From Treponemataceae bacterium (GTDB lineage: Bacteria > Spirochaetota > Spirochaetia > Treponematales > Rectinemataceae), in the NCBI GenBank assembly GCA_963678065.2, contig CAXXVZ010000002.1, forward strand, positions 160,001 to 224,000: 64,000 bases of DNA, given 5' to 3'. The position numbers and the translations under genes are program-made. The notes beneath the pieces are model-generated. The model had not been told where the DNA came from. It made no database searches and worked only from the letters and a program-made list of their open reading frames with translations. Of this stretch, positions 29,519 to 39,409 are shown one piece after another (the stretch's first letter is position 1; each line of letters starts with the position of its first letter).

Positions 29519-29680
29519 GATGATCTTCTCCTCCCGTACAGACAATAAAACCTCCAGTCCTGCACCTTCGCTGGGACGATGCTTACGCCTCCGGCCTGCG
29601 TCCCGATACCGAACACTTTCCCTAGAGTCACTCGCGCGGGCGTCTCCCGACGCTGTGCATGTTACGTATACGATCCCGTG

Positions 29681-29733
29681 AAAAAATCCACCCTGACGGT
29701 GCCTCTCCGCATCCTTACGGAGAGGCACCGTCA
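29681..29733 (-). terminator. Strong hairpin after second dctM
   Basis: Perfect 16-bp inverted repeat TGACGGTGCCTCTCCG-N8-CGGAGAGGCACCGTCA (29694-29733); T-run follows on the minus strand after a short spacer. Confidence 0.6.
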
Positions 29734-29748
29734 AATCCTGTCTTTACC

Positions 29749-31029
29749 TTACCGTATGTAGCCAAAGTACCGTGGAAGGGTCATCGAAAGAGGCTCTATA
29801 TAGGTGATCAGGAACAGTATGACGATCTCGACGGCCAGGAAGGGCAGTACGCCCTTGACGACCTTTTCGAGAGGCAGCTTGGTCATGCCGCAGACGACAT
29901 AGAGGAGAAGACCTACGGGCGGCGTGAGGAGTCCGATCATGAGATTGACTACAACGACGATCCCCAGGAAAACCGGATGGATGCCGTAGCCGGCGGTGAT
30001 CTTCAGGAGAATCGGCACGAGGATGATCATCGCCGCCGTCCCTTCCATGAAGGTTCCGACGATGAGCAGCACGATGTTGATCGCGAGAAGAAGAAGTACC
30101 TTGCTGGATATGATGCTCGAGACGAAGATCGCCATGGCCTGTGGCACCTGTTCCACGACAAGCATCCAGTTGAAGACATTGGAGCAGGCGATGACAAGGA
30201 ACACGACGCCCGTCGTCTTCGCTGTGGCCAGGAGGGCTTCCAGGATCGCCTTCATTTTAAGATCTCTGTAAACGAAGACACCGACAACCAGTCCGTAGAC
30301 GACCGCGACAGCCGAAGCCTCGGTGGCGGTAAAGATGCCGCCGATGATGCCGCCCAGGATTATGAAGGGCATCAAGAGGGGAATGATTCCGTCCAGAAGG
30401 GCCAGTCCCATCTGTTTGAGGTTTGCGAACTTGGCGGCGCGCGGATAGTTGCGCTTTCGGGCGGTAACGTAGCACACGATCATGCAACCGATGGCTATCA
30501 TGACCCCCGGAACGATCCCTCCCAGGAAAAGGGCGGCCACCGAGGTAGAACTCAGCAAGGCGTAGACGACGAAGGGAATGCTCGGCGGGATGATCGGTCC
30601 CATGATAGCGGCCGAGGCGACAAGTCCGGCGGCGAAGTCCTCGTCGTAACCCTCTTTCTTCATTCCCGGGATCATCATCGATCCGACCGCCGAACAGTCG
30701 GCGATAGCCGAACCCGTTATTCCCCCGAAAAACATGGAAGTGACGATCGTGACGTGGCCAAGTCCTCCCCTGAGTCGACCCACGAATACCGTGCAAAAGT
30801 TGACAAGCCTCTTCGTGATTCCGGAACTGTTCATCAGCTCGCCGGCCAGGACGAAGAAGGGAATGGCCATGAAGGTGAAACTGTCGAGACCCGTGAACAG
30901 GCGCGTCGCAATCAGTCCAAGTGAAACACCCTTGATGATGAGGTAGATGACGCCAGCTGCGCCGAGGCTGAAGGCCACCGGCACACCGATGAGAAGGCAG
31001 GCGATAAAAGCTGCGATGGATTCCCACAT
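29749..31029 (-). CDS. dctM: TRAP transporter large permease
   Basis: AIPFFVLAGELM, GGITGSAIAD, IIPPSIP, TATEASA, TPPVG. Confidence 0.93.
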   Translation of the reverse strand: MWESIAAFIACLLIGVPVAFSLGAAGVIYLIIKGVSLGLIATRLFTGLDSFTFMAIPFFVLAGELMNSSGITKRLVNFCTVFVGRLRGGLGHVTIVTSMFFGGITGSAIADCSAVGSMMIPGMKKEGYDEDFAAGLVASAAIMGPIIPPSIPFVVYALLSSTSVAALFLGGIVPGVMIAIGCMIVCYVTARKRNYPRAAKFANLKQMGLALLDGIIPLLMPFIILGGIIGGIFTATEASAVAVVYGLVVGVFVYRDLKMKAILEALLATAKTTGVVFLVIACSNVFNWMLVVEQVPQAMAIFVSSIISSKVLLLLAINIVLLIVGTFMEGTAAMIILVPILLKITAGYGIHPVFLGIVVVVNLMIGLLTPPVGLLLYVVCGMTKLPLEKVVKGVLPFLAVEIVILFLITYIEPLSMTLPRYFGYIR

Positions 31030-31040
31030 ACTGTCTTCTC

Positions 31041-31535
31041 CTAACTCTTGATACTTGCTGCCACGGGCGTTTTGAAAATCTTGAACAGAAGTGCCAGGTT
31101 TTCAATGAGCATCATGAATATGCCGAAAGTCACGGCACTGTAGGGGACGATCATCGGGATTTCCAAGGCGCTGGATTTCTGTATTTTCAACAGGCTGAGC
31201 TGCTCTCCGGATTTGACAAGGATAATGACGAGGAAACTGATGACCACTAGACGGGATATGACCGTGAAAACGCGCTTGACACCCGGCTTGAAAAGGTCGG
31301 TAAACATCTCCACACCCACATGGGAGTTGTCCCTTGTGGCGAGCGCGCAGCCGAAGAACCCGACCCAGATCATCATGTACCGCCCGACTTCTTCAGTCCA
31401 TGACAATGCGTTGTTGAGGATGAACCTGAAGAATACGCCTACAGTGGTGTTGATCACCATCAGGCTAACCAGAACGTACACCAGATACTCCATTCCTTTT
31501 TCCGTTGCGCGCAAAAGTTTGCTGGCAGATATCAT
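31041..31535 (-). CDS. dctQ: TRAP transporter small permease
   Basis: Four TM segments, WTEEVGRYMMIW, HVGVE. Confidence 0.9.
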   Translation of the reverse strand: MISASKLLRATEKGMEYLVYVLVSLMVINTTVGVFFRFILNNALSWTEEVGRYMMIWVGFFGCALATRDNSHVGVEMFTDLFKPGVKRVFTVISRLVVISFLVIILVKSGEQLSLLKIQKSSALEIPMIVPYSAVTFGIFMMLIENLALLFKIFKTPVAASIKS

Positions 31536-31678
31536 TCCGCGATCCCTCCCCGCCCCGTCATGTTGTACGTCAAGGCTGCGATTCGTCCCGTACGCCCCGG
31601 AATGACGGTAAGATCGCCGCAACCGGGTCGCACGGGACGGGGGAGCGGAGTTTTGCGACTCCGCTCCTCTTCATACCG

Positions 31679-32707
31679 TTATTTTATGCTCTGCTTCTGG
31701 CCGGCGATGACGTCCGCCACATTTTTCAGGACGTCGTCGATGAGTTTCTGGTCGATCTTCGTCTTGAGCCAGTCGATGACCGGCTGTTGGGCCACTTTCT
31801 TGAACTGCTCGACTTCCGCTTCGGTCGGGGAATACACCACCATCTTCTGGTCGATCAGGGACTGAACTCCCTGCGAAGCTACGAACTGCTGGACTCCGCG
31901 TCCTACCGTGCAGCTGATCTGAGCGCTGTCGAGGACGATGTACTGAAGTTCGGGCGGGAGGCTCTTGAAGAACTTCTCGTTGATGATGAACCAGTCGACG
32001 CCGTACACATGGCCGTCGAGGGTGATGTATTTCTGGACCTCAGCCAGTTTTCCCATGAGGATCGTCGGGATCGGGTTTTCCTGTCCGTCGACGACCTTGG
32101 TCTGCAGTGCGGTGTAGGTCTCGGTCCAGGCGATGGGGGTCGGGCTGGCGCCCATGGCTTTGAGCATATTGACGTACAGCGGTGTTTCCTGGACGCGGAT
32201 CTTGAGACCCTTCATGTCGGCGGGCGTCTTTATCGGCCTGACATTGTTCGTGAAGTGACGGAAGCCGACCTCGGCGAAAGCCAGACAGCGCATCCCGGTC
32301 TCTTTGAGGAACTGAGCCCTGAGTTTATCGCCGAAGGGACCATCCATGACCTGCCATGCGACTTCGCCCGAGGGGAAGAGGTAGGGAATATCGGTCACCA
32401 TCGCCGAGGGAAAGAAGTTGGAAATGACGCCCGAGGAGATGCCGGCTTCCACAGTGCCGGCCTTGACGCCTTCGACATACTCGCGCTCTGCGCCGAGGGA
32501 TCCACCGCCATAGACCTTCACGTTGATCTGGCCGCCGCTTCTCGCGTTGACCAAACTCGCGAAAGCGAGAGCCTGCGCGTGTTTGCGCGATACCGTGGCA
32601 TCGGTCGAATCGGCGTGCGCAAGCTTCAGTTCGAACACCTTTGTCTGGGCGAAGACCGCAGTCACTGCCAGGGAAACCATGAGTACGCAGATTAAGAATC
32701 TTTTCAT
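31679..32707 (-). CDS. dctP: TRAP transporter substrate-binding protein
   Basis: Signal peptide, LGAERE, GFRHFTN, KGLKIRVQ, TALQTKVVDGQENP. Confidence 0.92.
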   Translation of the reverse strand: MKRFLICVLMVSLAVTAVFAQTKVFELKLAHADSTDATVSRKHAQALAFASLVNARSGGQINVKVYGGGSLGAEREYVEGVKAGTVEAGISSGVISNFFPSAMVTDIPYLFPSGEVAWQVMDGPFGDKLRAQFLKETGMRCLAFAEVGFRHFTNNVRPIKTPADMKGLKIRVQETPLYVNMLKAMGASPTPIAWTETYTALQTKVVDGQENPIPTILMGKLAEVQKYITLDGHVYGVDWFIINEKFFKSLPPELQYIVLDSAQISCTVGRGVQQFVASQGVQSLIDQKMVVYSPTEAEVEQFKKVAQQPVIDWLKTKIDQKLIDDVLKNVADVIAGQKQSIK

Positions 32708-32760
32708 CACTCCACCTCCTGATAAAATTGGGATCGGCGGCACTGCGCCGATATCAAAAA

Positions 32761-33726
32761 TCAACTGGGCCAGGCGATTGTATACAGATGCTTCCCGCCG
32801 TTCGTCGGACCGAGAAGGAGGGCTTTCAGCTCTTCCTCGTTCCGCTGCGACATCAGCTTGCTGTCGGGGAGCTGCCCCACGGGGAATTTGGCAAGAATGT
32901 CATCGTGGAGCTTGACGAGGTAGTTGAGCACGTTCTCGATCGCCTTGTAGGCCTTGGTCGGCTCGGCGAGCGTGGCCTTCCCGAGAACGCCTTCGGGGAA
33001 GGTGACGCACTCGATGCCAGTCCCTCCGATGATGCAATGACCAGGGATGGGATTCCCGTAGATGTCCCCGCCCTTGTCCACGTGGCCGGGAGGAAGGAAG
33101 CCGCCCAGCTTCGTGTCCTCTGCGTGTTCGAGCTGGCACATCTCGGGGAAGAGGGCCATCGAGATCGAGGTCTCTGCCTCGTCGGCGTGCTGGAAGGGCG
33201 TCTCGAATGGGCCGCCGTGAGCCTTGTCCTTCAGGTCAGTTCCCATGACACGCGGAAGATCGACGAAAATGACGACTGCGGGAACCTGATACTTTTTCCC
33301 CCATTCCTGGATCGCCGAGGGGAGGGCGTATTCCTGCCCGTGCATGCTGAGGAATATCTGCTTCCTGAATCCCGTGTTCCAGAATCCGGAGATCATCGAC
33401 CTGATGTGGTCGCAGAAAACGCTGTCGGGGAGCGGAACGGTCCCTGGCTGGCCGATGTGGTGGAAGGGATGAGATCCGTACCACATGGGCTCGGCGACCG
33501 TGCAACCGGTCGCTTGAGCCACCATCTCGGCTATCCTCGTGACGATGAAGGTATCCTCGCCGTAAGGGCCGGCCTTGCCGTGGTTCTCCGTGGATCCGAT
33601 GGGGATGAGGATGACATCATCTTTCTTGAGCCTCTCCTCCGCATCGTATTTCGTCATTGTCTGGAAGTAAATCTTGGAGGGCCTGTCCATGTGTCCCTCG
33701 CGTACCGGCAAATTCCAATTAGGCAT
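32761..33726 (-). CDS. iolN: Creatininase-family hydrolase, close to 3-dehydro-scyllo-inosose hydrolase
   Basis: YFQTMT, IPIGSTENHG, GEDTF, YGSHPFHHIGQPGT, GFWNTGFRKQI, GGPFETPFQHADEAETS and PEGVLGKATLA match my recollection of Thermotoga IolN. Substrate here is uncertain. Confidence 0.75.
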   Translation of the reverse strand: MPNWNLPVREGHMDRPSKIYFQTMTKYDAEERLKKDDVILIPIGSTENHGKAGPYGEDTFIVTRIAEMVAQATGCTVAEPMWYGSHPFHHIGQPGTVPLPDSVFCDHIRSMISGFWNTGFRKQIFLSMHGQEYALPSAIQEWGKKYQVPAVVIFVDLPRVMGTDLKDKAHGGPFETPFQHADEAETSISMALFPEMCQLEHAEDTKLGGFLPPGHVDKGGDIYGNPIPGHCIIGGTGIECVTFPEGVLGKATLAEPTKAYKAIENVLNYLVKLHDDILAKFPVGQLPDSKLMSQRNEEELKALLLGPTNGGKHLYTIAWPS

Positions 33727-33755
33727 ACTCTGTTCTCCTCTCGCGAATAGTAGGG

Positions 33756-34115
33756 CTAGATCCGATGGCTCTTGAGCTGGGGCGCGTAAACCCACACGAA
33801 CTTGAGCTTCGTCGTCCCCGTGTTGACGATCTTGTGGGTGGCTCCAGGCGGGTTGTAGACGCAGATTCCGGGCTTGAGGTCGATCTCCTCGTCAGCCGTG
33901 ATGAATTTCCCCGTTCCTTCCAGGAAGAGCATCACTTCCTCTTCGGTATCATGCTTGTGCTCGGGGACCATGGAACCCGGCTCCGTCTCGTTCACCCCGA
34001 GGGCGAGATTCTGCGAGCCCACGGTCTTCTCCGAAATGAGGATCCACGAGGCCCTTGGCGGAGTTTTCCGCTCGGGCTCAACCTTGTTGATGTCGACTAC
34101 CTTCAATCCTGACAT
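33756..34115 (-). CDS. Cupin domain protein
   Basis: PEHKHDTEEEVMLFLEGTG...PPGATHKIVNTG. Confidence 0.88.
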   Translation of the reverse strand: MSGLKVVDINKVEPERKTPPRASWILISEKTVGSQNLALGVNETEPGSMVPEHKHDTEEEVMLFLEGTGKFITADEEIDLKPGICVYNPPGATHKIVNTGTTKLKFVWVYAPQLKSHRI

Positions 34116-34134
34116 GATTCTCCCTCTCCTTGTC

Positions 34135-34881
34135 TCAGCCGATGAAAATGCCGCCGTTCACGTCGAGGGTAACCCCGGTGACCCAGTCGGACCTCGCCGA
34201 TGCCAGATAGATGACCGCGTCCGCCACGTCCTCCGGATACCCGTCCTTCGATACGGCCCTGCCGGCGTTCCACGACGCGAAAACTTCCTTTGTATACTGC
34301 CTCGTCTGCTCGGTGAGCATGGGGCCCGGGCAGATGGTGTTCACATAGATGTTGAAGGCTCCGAGCTCCTTGGCGAGGCACTTGGAAACACCGATGAGGC
34401 CAGCCTTGGAAGCCGCGTAGTTGACGCCGACGCCCGGCCTGCCCGTCCTGCCGCCGAGGGAGGCGATATTGACGATCTTCCCGGAGCCCTGTTTCTTCAT
34501 GACCGGCGCGACGGCCTTGCAGCAGAGGAAGGGGCCGGTGAGGTTCACCTTGATGACGAGATCCCAGAGTTCGAGGCTCATCTCATCGAGGTTCTTGTGC
34601 CTGGAGATGCCCGCGTTGTTGACGAGGACGTCGATCCGCCCGAACTTTTCGGTCGTCCGGGCGACAGCCTCGACAGCCTCGGCCTCATCGGTCACGTTCA
34701 CTTTGACCGCGATTGTCCTCTCTCCCGCGGGATCGAGCTCGGAGGCGACCTTCCGCGCCGCCTCGAAGTTCATGTCCCAGAGGGCCACAAGAGCCCCTTC
34801 CGCGAACAGTTTCCGCGCGATCACTTCGCCGATTCCGTTGCCCGCGCCTGTCACTACGGCGACTCTATTTTCCAGTTCCAT
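34135..34881 (-). CDS. SDR family oxidoreductase
   Basis: TGAGNGIG, NNAG, YAASK, DVNGG. Confidence 0.93.
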   Translation of the reverse strand: MELENRVAVVTGAGNGIGEVIARKLFAEGALVALWDMNFEAARKVASELDPAGERTIAVKVNVTDEAEAVEAVARTTEKFGRIDVLVNNAGISRHKNLDEMSLELWDLVIKVNLTGPFLCCKAVAPVMKKQGSGKIVNIASLGGRTGRPGVGVNYAASKAGLIGVSKCLAKELGAFNIYVNTICPGPMLTEQTRQYTKEVFASWNAGRAVSKDGYPEDVADAVIYLASARSDWVTGVTLDVNGGIFIG

Positions 34882-34898
34882 TGTTTTGTCCCTCTCCA

Positions 34899-36632
34899 TC
34901 AAAGCTGGCCGGCGGGAACGTAATCGTCCCACATGGCATGCATTTCGCTCATCGGCACATCGAAAACAGCGTTGTTCGGAGGCAGGGGTTCATCCTGCAT
35001 GAATTCGGGCATGGGATGGAATTCCTCGGAGGCGCCGGATCTCCTGTTGAACTCCCGTTCGGTCATGATCGTGTCGTAGCCGAGGCGGACAACATCCTCC
35101 ACGCTCATCTCCCATCCATACCTGCCCTTGAGCAGGTTCGCGAACATCTCCGGCCTCTTGAGGAAGGGAGGCCGTACGAAGAGGCAGAGGCCGAGGGTAT
35201 CCAGGAGGGCTGCCCTGATCTGCAGCTTCCTCGAGACCGCAACCTGCCCTTCGGCCTTCAGAGGATCGAGGGTTTTCAGGGTCTCGAAGGCGTTTCCCGC
35301 CGTGTGGTCTGCGCCCATCGGCGAGGTGACATAGGTGACGCCGTTGCCCTTGACTCCCCTCGGGTCGTAGCCCGGCATGGCCTGGCCCTTGATGACCGGC
35401 ACGCGCCTGATTCCGAAAACCCTTCCGGTAATCTGGGCGCCGTTGCCGAGAACCCGGCCGAGGCAGGTCCCCTGGCCGATCTGGCGGATGAGATCCTTAG
35501 CGCCTTCGGCATCGCCGAACCGGATGATGCCGGCCTCCATGGCCACGCCGATGGCGGCCCCGGTCTCTATCCCGTCAACGCCGACCTGATTGCAGAGATT
35601 GTTCAGTTCCGCGATGTCGTCGAGGCTGCCGATCCCGCAGTTGGAGCCCAAAAGAGAGATATTTTCATATTGTATGGAGGCGACGATCTTTTTGCCGCTC
35701 CTGTCCGGAAAGATGTTGCTGCACTTGATCACACAGCCGGCGACGCAGGGCTTTCCCGCCCCACCCTCCCCGCCGCGCGCAAGTATTTCTTCCCGGACGC
35801 GTTCTCCCGCTATCTCGTCTGCGCGCTCGAAGCTGCCCGAGCTGAAATTCCTGGTAGGAAGGAGTCCCGACGCGTTGGCCAGGGCAAGAATCGCCGGAGT
35901 CCCAAAGAGATTCCGGTTCTCGGTCTTGGGATCCTTAAGGAGGGCTTCCGTCATCCACTTCGACGTGGCCGCGAGGAGTTCCGGATCGAAGATATCCGGC
36001 TTGAAGGTCGAACCTGCGTCGTCGATGACTATCGCCTTCAGCCCCTTCGACCCCATGAGAGCGCCCAGTCCGCCGCGGGCGGCGTAACGTATCTGCACAT
36101 CCTCGTTGTCCGGGGAAGCGATCCCCGCTCCGTACATGAGCATCTCACCGGCGGGACCGATGCAGAAGATGCCGACCTTTTCCCCGAATCGCTCGCGGAG
36201 AGCGGCGACCGCCTCTGCAACTTGCAGACCGCGCAATTCGGGTGCAGGTTCCATCCGGGATCCCTTCGCCGCGACGACGAGGACGTCCAGAGAGGAAGTG
36301 GCGGGCGTATCTTCTATTACGAGGGCCCTGATGCCGAGCTTCGCCAATCTCTTGCCGGCGAGGCCGCCGACATTGCTCTCCTTGACGCCCCCCGTCAGCG
36401 GGCTCTTTCCTCCTATGGACAGCTGCCCCGCCGTCGTCACGGAGGTATCCGCGAGGAGGCCCGAGGCGAAAATGAGCTTGTTCCGCCGGCCCACCGGCTC
36501 GCAGGTCGGAGGCACTTCCCGCAGGAGGAAATTTGCGAGGAGAGATCTTCCTCCCCATCTCATTTCCTCTTCTGTCGCCTTCTGCTCCAGGATGCTCCTG
36601 TCGCGGACATTCACGCGAAGAATGGTGTTCAT
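34899..36632 (-). CDS. Aldehyde:ferredoxin oxidoreductase (W/Mo-pterin AOR family)
   Basis: KSPLTGGVKESNVGG, AARGGLGALMGSKGLKAIV, CVAGCVIKC, GYDPRG, GADHT, LGLCLF. Confidence 0.92.
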   Translation of the reverse strand: MNTILRVNVRDRSILEQKATEEEMRWGGRSLLANFLLREVPPTCEPVGRRNKLIFASGLLADTSVTTAGQLSIGGKSPLTGGVKESNVGGLAGKRLAKLGIRALVIEDTPATSSLDVLVVAAKGSRMEPAPELRGLQVAEAVAALRERFGEKVGIFCIGPAGEMLMYGAGIASPDNEDVQIRYAARGGLGALMGSKGLKAIVIDDAGSTFKPDIFDPELLAATSKWMTEALLKDPKTENRNLFGTPAILALANASGLLPTRNFSSGSFERADEIAGERVREEILARGGEGGAGKPCVAGCVIKCSNIFPDRSGKKIVASIQYENISLLGSNCGIGSLDDIAELNNLCNQVGVDGIETGAAIGVAMEAGIIRFGDAEGAKDLIRQIGQGTCLGRVLGNGAQITGRVFGIRRVPVIKGQAMPGYDPRGVKGNGVTYVTSPMGADHTAGNAFETLKTLDPLKAEGQVAVSRKLQIRAALLDTLGLCLFVRPPFLKRPEMFANLLKGRYGWEMSVEDVVRLGYDTIMTEREFNRRSGASEEFHPMPEFMQDEPLPPNNAVFDVPMSEMHAMWDDYVPAGQL

Positions 36633-36633
36633 G

Positions 36634-37698
36634 CTAGTGATCCTTCTCCTCGGTGGCTGATATCCTTCGATCGCTCCCCATCACGGCGAGGATCCCGTTT
36701 ATGGCATCCACGACCGTCGCGGGAACATCTATCCCCAATCGTCGGCTCTCCTCTTCCTTCTTCAGCTCCAATTCGCCGGGGAGGAGAATCTCGGTGACCC
36801 CGGGCTGTTTCTTCAGCGCCTTGATTTCCGTGACGTACTCGTCCATCGTCTGCGCGAAAGCCTCAGGATCGACGAAGCGGCCGATGTCGGCGGCAATGAA
36901 ACAGGCCCCGACGCCCGTCGCTCCCTCGAGTTCGTGGAAACTTCTCAGCCTGCGCCCGTAGGCCGAACCGGAGATCACGCCGGAGAGGACGTCGATCATC
37001 AGCGCGAGTCCCGAGCCCTTCGGTCCGCCGAGGGGCAAGAGGGAGCCCTTCAGCGCGCGCTTCGCGTCCGTGGTGGATTCACCGTTCTCGTCGAGGGCCC
37101 ATCCGGCGGGAATACTCTCCCCGGCGAGCGAGGCCAGGCGGATCTTGCCCCTCGCAACGACGCTTGAGGACATGTCGAGGATGAGCGACTTCCCCTCGCC
37201 CGACGGAACCGCGATGGAAATGGGATTGGTTCCGAAGAAAGGCTCGCCGCTGCCGTAGGGAGCCACTGAAGGGTTCCCATTTGTCGTTATTATGGAAACG
37301 ACTCGATCCTGCGCCGCCGCAGCCGAGGAAAAGTAACCGAGAGCGCCTACATTGTTGGTGTTCCGGAGAACGACCATGCCGAGGCCGTGACGTTTCGCCT
37401 TCTCGACACAGAGACGGAGGGCTCGGAAGGCGGCAACCTGCCCGAGTCCGTTGTTTCCGTCGAGGATGGCGGTGGTATCGTCGTCCTTGATTGTCTCGAC
37501 GTGGGTTGGAAAGCTGAGCATCCCGACCGAAACCCTTTGGGATACCATGCGGAGCAGATTGATTCCGTGAGTATTGACCCCGCGCATATCCGCGCTGACG
37601 AGAGCGGCGGCGGCGATCCGGGCGTTCTCTTCATTTTCACCGAGACGGATGAGGATCTCCTCGGCAGTCTCGCGCAGCTTGGTTTCCGGTATCCTCAT
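36634..37698 (-). CDS. Ldh_2 (malate/L-lactate/ureidoglycolate) dehydrogenase family
   Basis: ADMRGVNTHG, LDGNNGLGQ, GTNPISIA, LDMSSSVVARGK, GGPKGSGL, LLPGELE. Confidence 0.9.
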   Translation of the reverse strand: MRIPETKLRETAEEILIRLGENEENARIAAAALVSADMRGVNTHGINLLRMVSQRVSVGMLSFPTHVETIKDDDTTAILDGNNGLGQVAAFRALRLCVEKAKRHGLGMVVLRNTNNVGALGYFSSAAAAQDRVVSIITTNGNPSVAPYGSGEPFFGTNPISIAVPSGEGKSLILDMSSSVVARGKIRLASLAGESIPAGWALDENGESTTDAKRALKGSLLPLGGPKGSGLALMIDVLSGVISGSAYGRRLRSFHELEGATGVGACFIAADIGRFVDPEAFAQTMDEYVTEIKALKKQPGVTEILLPGELELKKEEESRRLGIDVPATVVDAINGILAVMGSDRRISATEEKDH

Positions 37699-37705
37699 AT
37701 ACAGT

Positions 37706-38377
37706 TCACTCCTCGACCAGTCCAAGGGATTCGAATACTTTCTCGAGGCTGTTGAGCTCGACGCTCGAGGTCCCGCCCTTCAGGAGCTTCGCCTTCGACT
37801 CCTCGAACTCCACCCTCTTCAGGGATTTCTCGAGCACCGACTCGCATTCTTCCAGTCTGACGACGACCATTCCGTCGTCGTCGCCGAGGATCAAGTCGCC
37901 TGGGAAAATTGTCACCTGGCCGAAGTTCAGCGGATAGTTGATGAGACCGAGAACTCCCTTGGCTGTTCCCCGGATGCAGAAGCCCCGGCAGAAGATGGGG
38001 AAGCCCATCCTCTCGATCTCGGCAGAATCTCGGATGCAGCCATCGATCGCGAGGCCGGCCAAGCCCCGGGCGACCGCGGCTGTCGCCATCAAACCGCCCC
38101 AATAGCCATAATCGTAAGCCCCACCGACGCTGGCGACGAGGACAACGCCCTCGGGCGATCGCTGGAGTGCCTTGTGCAACATCAGGTTGTCCCCCGGGGC
38201 GCACTGAACCGTGTACGCGGGACCGCATATACGGGTCCCCTTAGCGGCCGGCCTGATGGCGTTCTCGATGAAGCCCTTCCTGCCCGAGGCCTCATACACG
38301 GTTGCAACGTCCAGAGCCTTGAATGCTTCGATAATCGAGGCCGCAGGCTTCCGGATCTCCTTCCTCACATGTGTCAT
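37706..38377 (-). CDS. RraA-family HMG/CHA aldolase (LigK-like)
   Basis: VATVYEASGRKG, CGPAYTV, PGDNLMLHKAL, YGYWGGLM, IDGCIRDS, PGDLILGDDDG. Confidence 0.82.
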   Translation of the reverse strand: MTHVRKEIRKPAASIIEAFKALDVATVYEASGRKGFIENAIRPAAKGTRICGPAYTVQCAPGDNLMLHKALQRSPEGVVLVASVGGAYDYGYWGGLMATAAVARGLAGLAIDGCIRDSAEIERMGFPIFCRGFCIRGTAKGVLGLINYPLNFGQVTIFPGDLILGDDDGMVVVRLEECESVLEKSLKRVEFEESKAKLLKGGTSSVELNSLEKVFESLGLVEE

Positions 38378-39060
38378 AGTACCGTCCTATTTCTGATAGT
38401 CAGTTGATTGATATTGACTAGCGAAAGATGCAGATGCTCTCGCATCGCCTTCTCTGCCGCGTCAGGATCCCCGTCTACGATGGCCTGAAGGATCTTCTTG
38501 TGCTCGTCCACGGTCTCGTAAAGGCGCTTCAGCTCGAAGCGTTTGATGAAGAACACCCGGATCCGGACGATGTGCGCCAGGGTAGTCCGATAGTACTCGG
38601 TCAGGAAACTGTTGCCCGATGCCTCCACGATCGCGGTATGTATCTGGTATCCCGACAGCAATGAGTGGCGCAGCTCTACCTCATCGTGGATTTTGAAGGA
38701 ATCATGGTTCTCAAGGATCTCCGCAAACTGCACGTGCGATGGAAAGGACGCCGCGATGCGCGCGGCGGCGCACTCGAGGATTTCGCGCACTTCAAAAATC
38801 TCGTGGATCAAATCGATACCGATCGGCGCCACAAAACAGCCCTTGTTCGGCACGACGACGATGAGGCGATTGTGCTCCAGCTGTTGCAGGGCTTCCCTCA
38901 CGGGAGTTTTGCTGACACCGAGATCCTTGCAGATACTCTGTTCGTTCAGGTACTCCTGCGGCTTCAATTCATTCTGAACAATTTTGTTCTTCAGGATCTC
39001 ATATACTCGTCTCTTTTTGTTGATCTCAGAACCGATCTCGACGATTGTTTCTACCGGCAT
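38374..39060 (-). CDS. GntR family regulator (FCD domain)
   Basis: LGVSKTPVREALQQL, EIFEVREILE, HTAIVEASGN, EHKKIL, MREHL. RBS AAGGAG. Confidence 0.93.
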   Translation of the reverse strand: MPVETIVEIGSEINKKRRVYEILKNKIVQNELKPQEYLNEQSICKDLGVSKTPVREALQQLEHNRLIVVVPNKGCFVAPIGIDLIHEIFEVREILECAAARIAASFPSHVQFAEILENHDSFKIHDEVELRHSLLSGYQIHTAIVEASGNSFLTEYYRTTLAHIVRIRVFFIKRFELKRLYETVDEHKKILQAIVDGDPDAAEKAMREHLHLSLVNINQLTIRNRTVL

Positions 39061-39079
39061 ATGTGGCCTTCTCCTTAAA

Positions 39080-39151
39080 TAGCGATCAGACATCGCTAAG
39101 CTATCGCCGATATATCGGCGTTATTTTCACCCCGTTCCAAGAATCTGTCAA
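39080..39151 (-). promoter_or_regulatory. Promoter with palindromic operator upstream of GntR operon
   Basis: TTGACA-N17-GAAAAT, perfect palindrome CGCCGATATATCGGCG (39105-39120), and a second IR TAGCGAT-N5-ATCGCTA (39080-39098). Confidence 0.7.
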
Positions 39152-39205
39152 CTAAAATCTTCACGTTTTCACGAATCTTTAAATGTGCCTCCTTTCAAGC
39201 CGATC

Positions 39206-39233
39206 CTGGAGAAATTGTCAGAAATTTCTCCAG
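39206..39233. promoter_or_regulatory. Inverted repeat upstream of the -35, possible regulator site
   Basis: CTGGAGAAATT-N6-AATTTCTCCAG. Confidence 0.4.
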
Positions 39234-39409
39234 TGCTACGGTACACAGCGGATATCCGACCGCGATCCGTATTAGATATTAATAATATATGATTGACATA
39301 TTGGGAAGATGTTCCTGTTCTCCCAATAAATCAGCCCTGCCCCATTTGTCAAGGGAAAGTTGAGAGGAGGCCATGGTTGGAGCCTGATATCGCAGCCATG
39401 CTCACGAAT

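Noticed and set aside
27547..33726. Straight Thermotoga-type inositol pathway (iolM-iolN-iolO)
   Set aside because: Not excluded but not preferred. No inositol dehydrogenase, sugar ABC transporter, gluconate kinase or 6-phosphogluconate dehydrogenase is visible, and TRAP, AOR, Ldh_2 and the aldolase would be unexplained.
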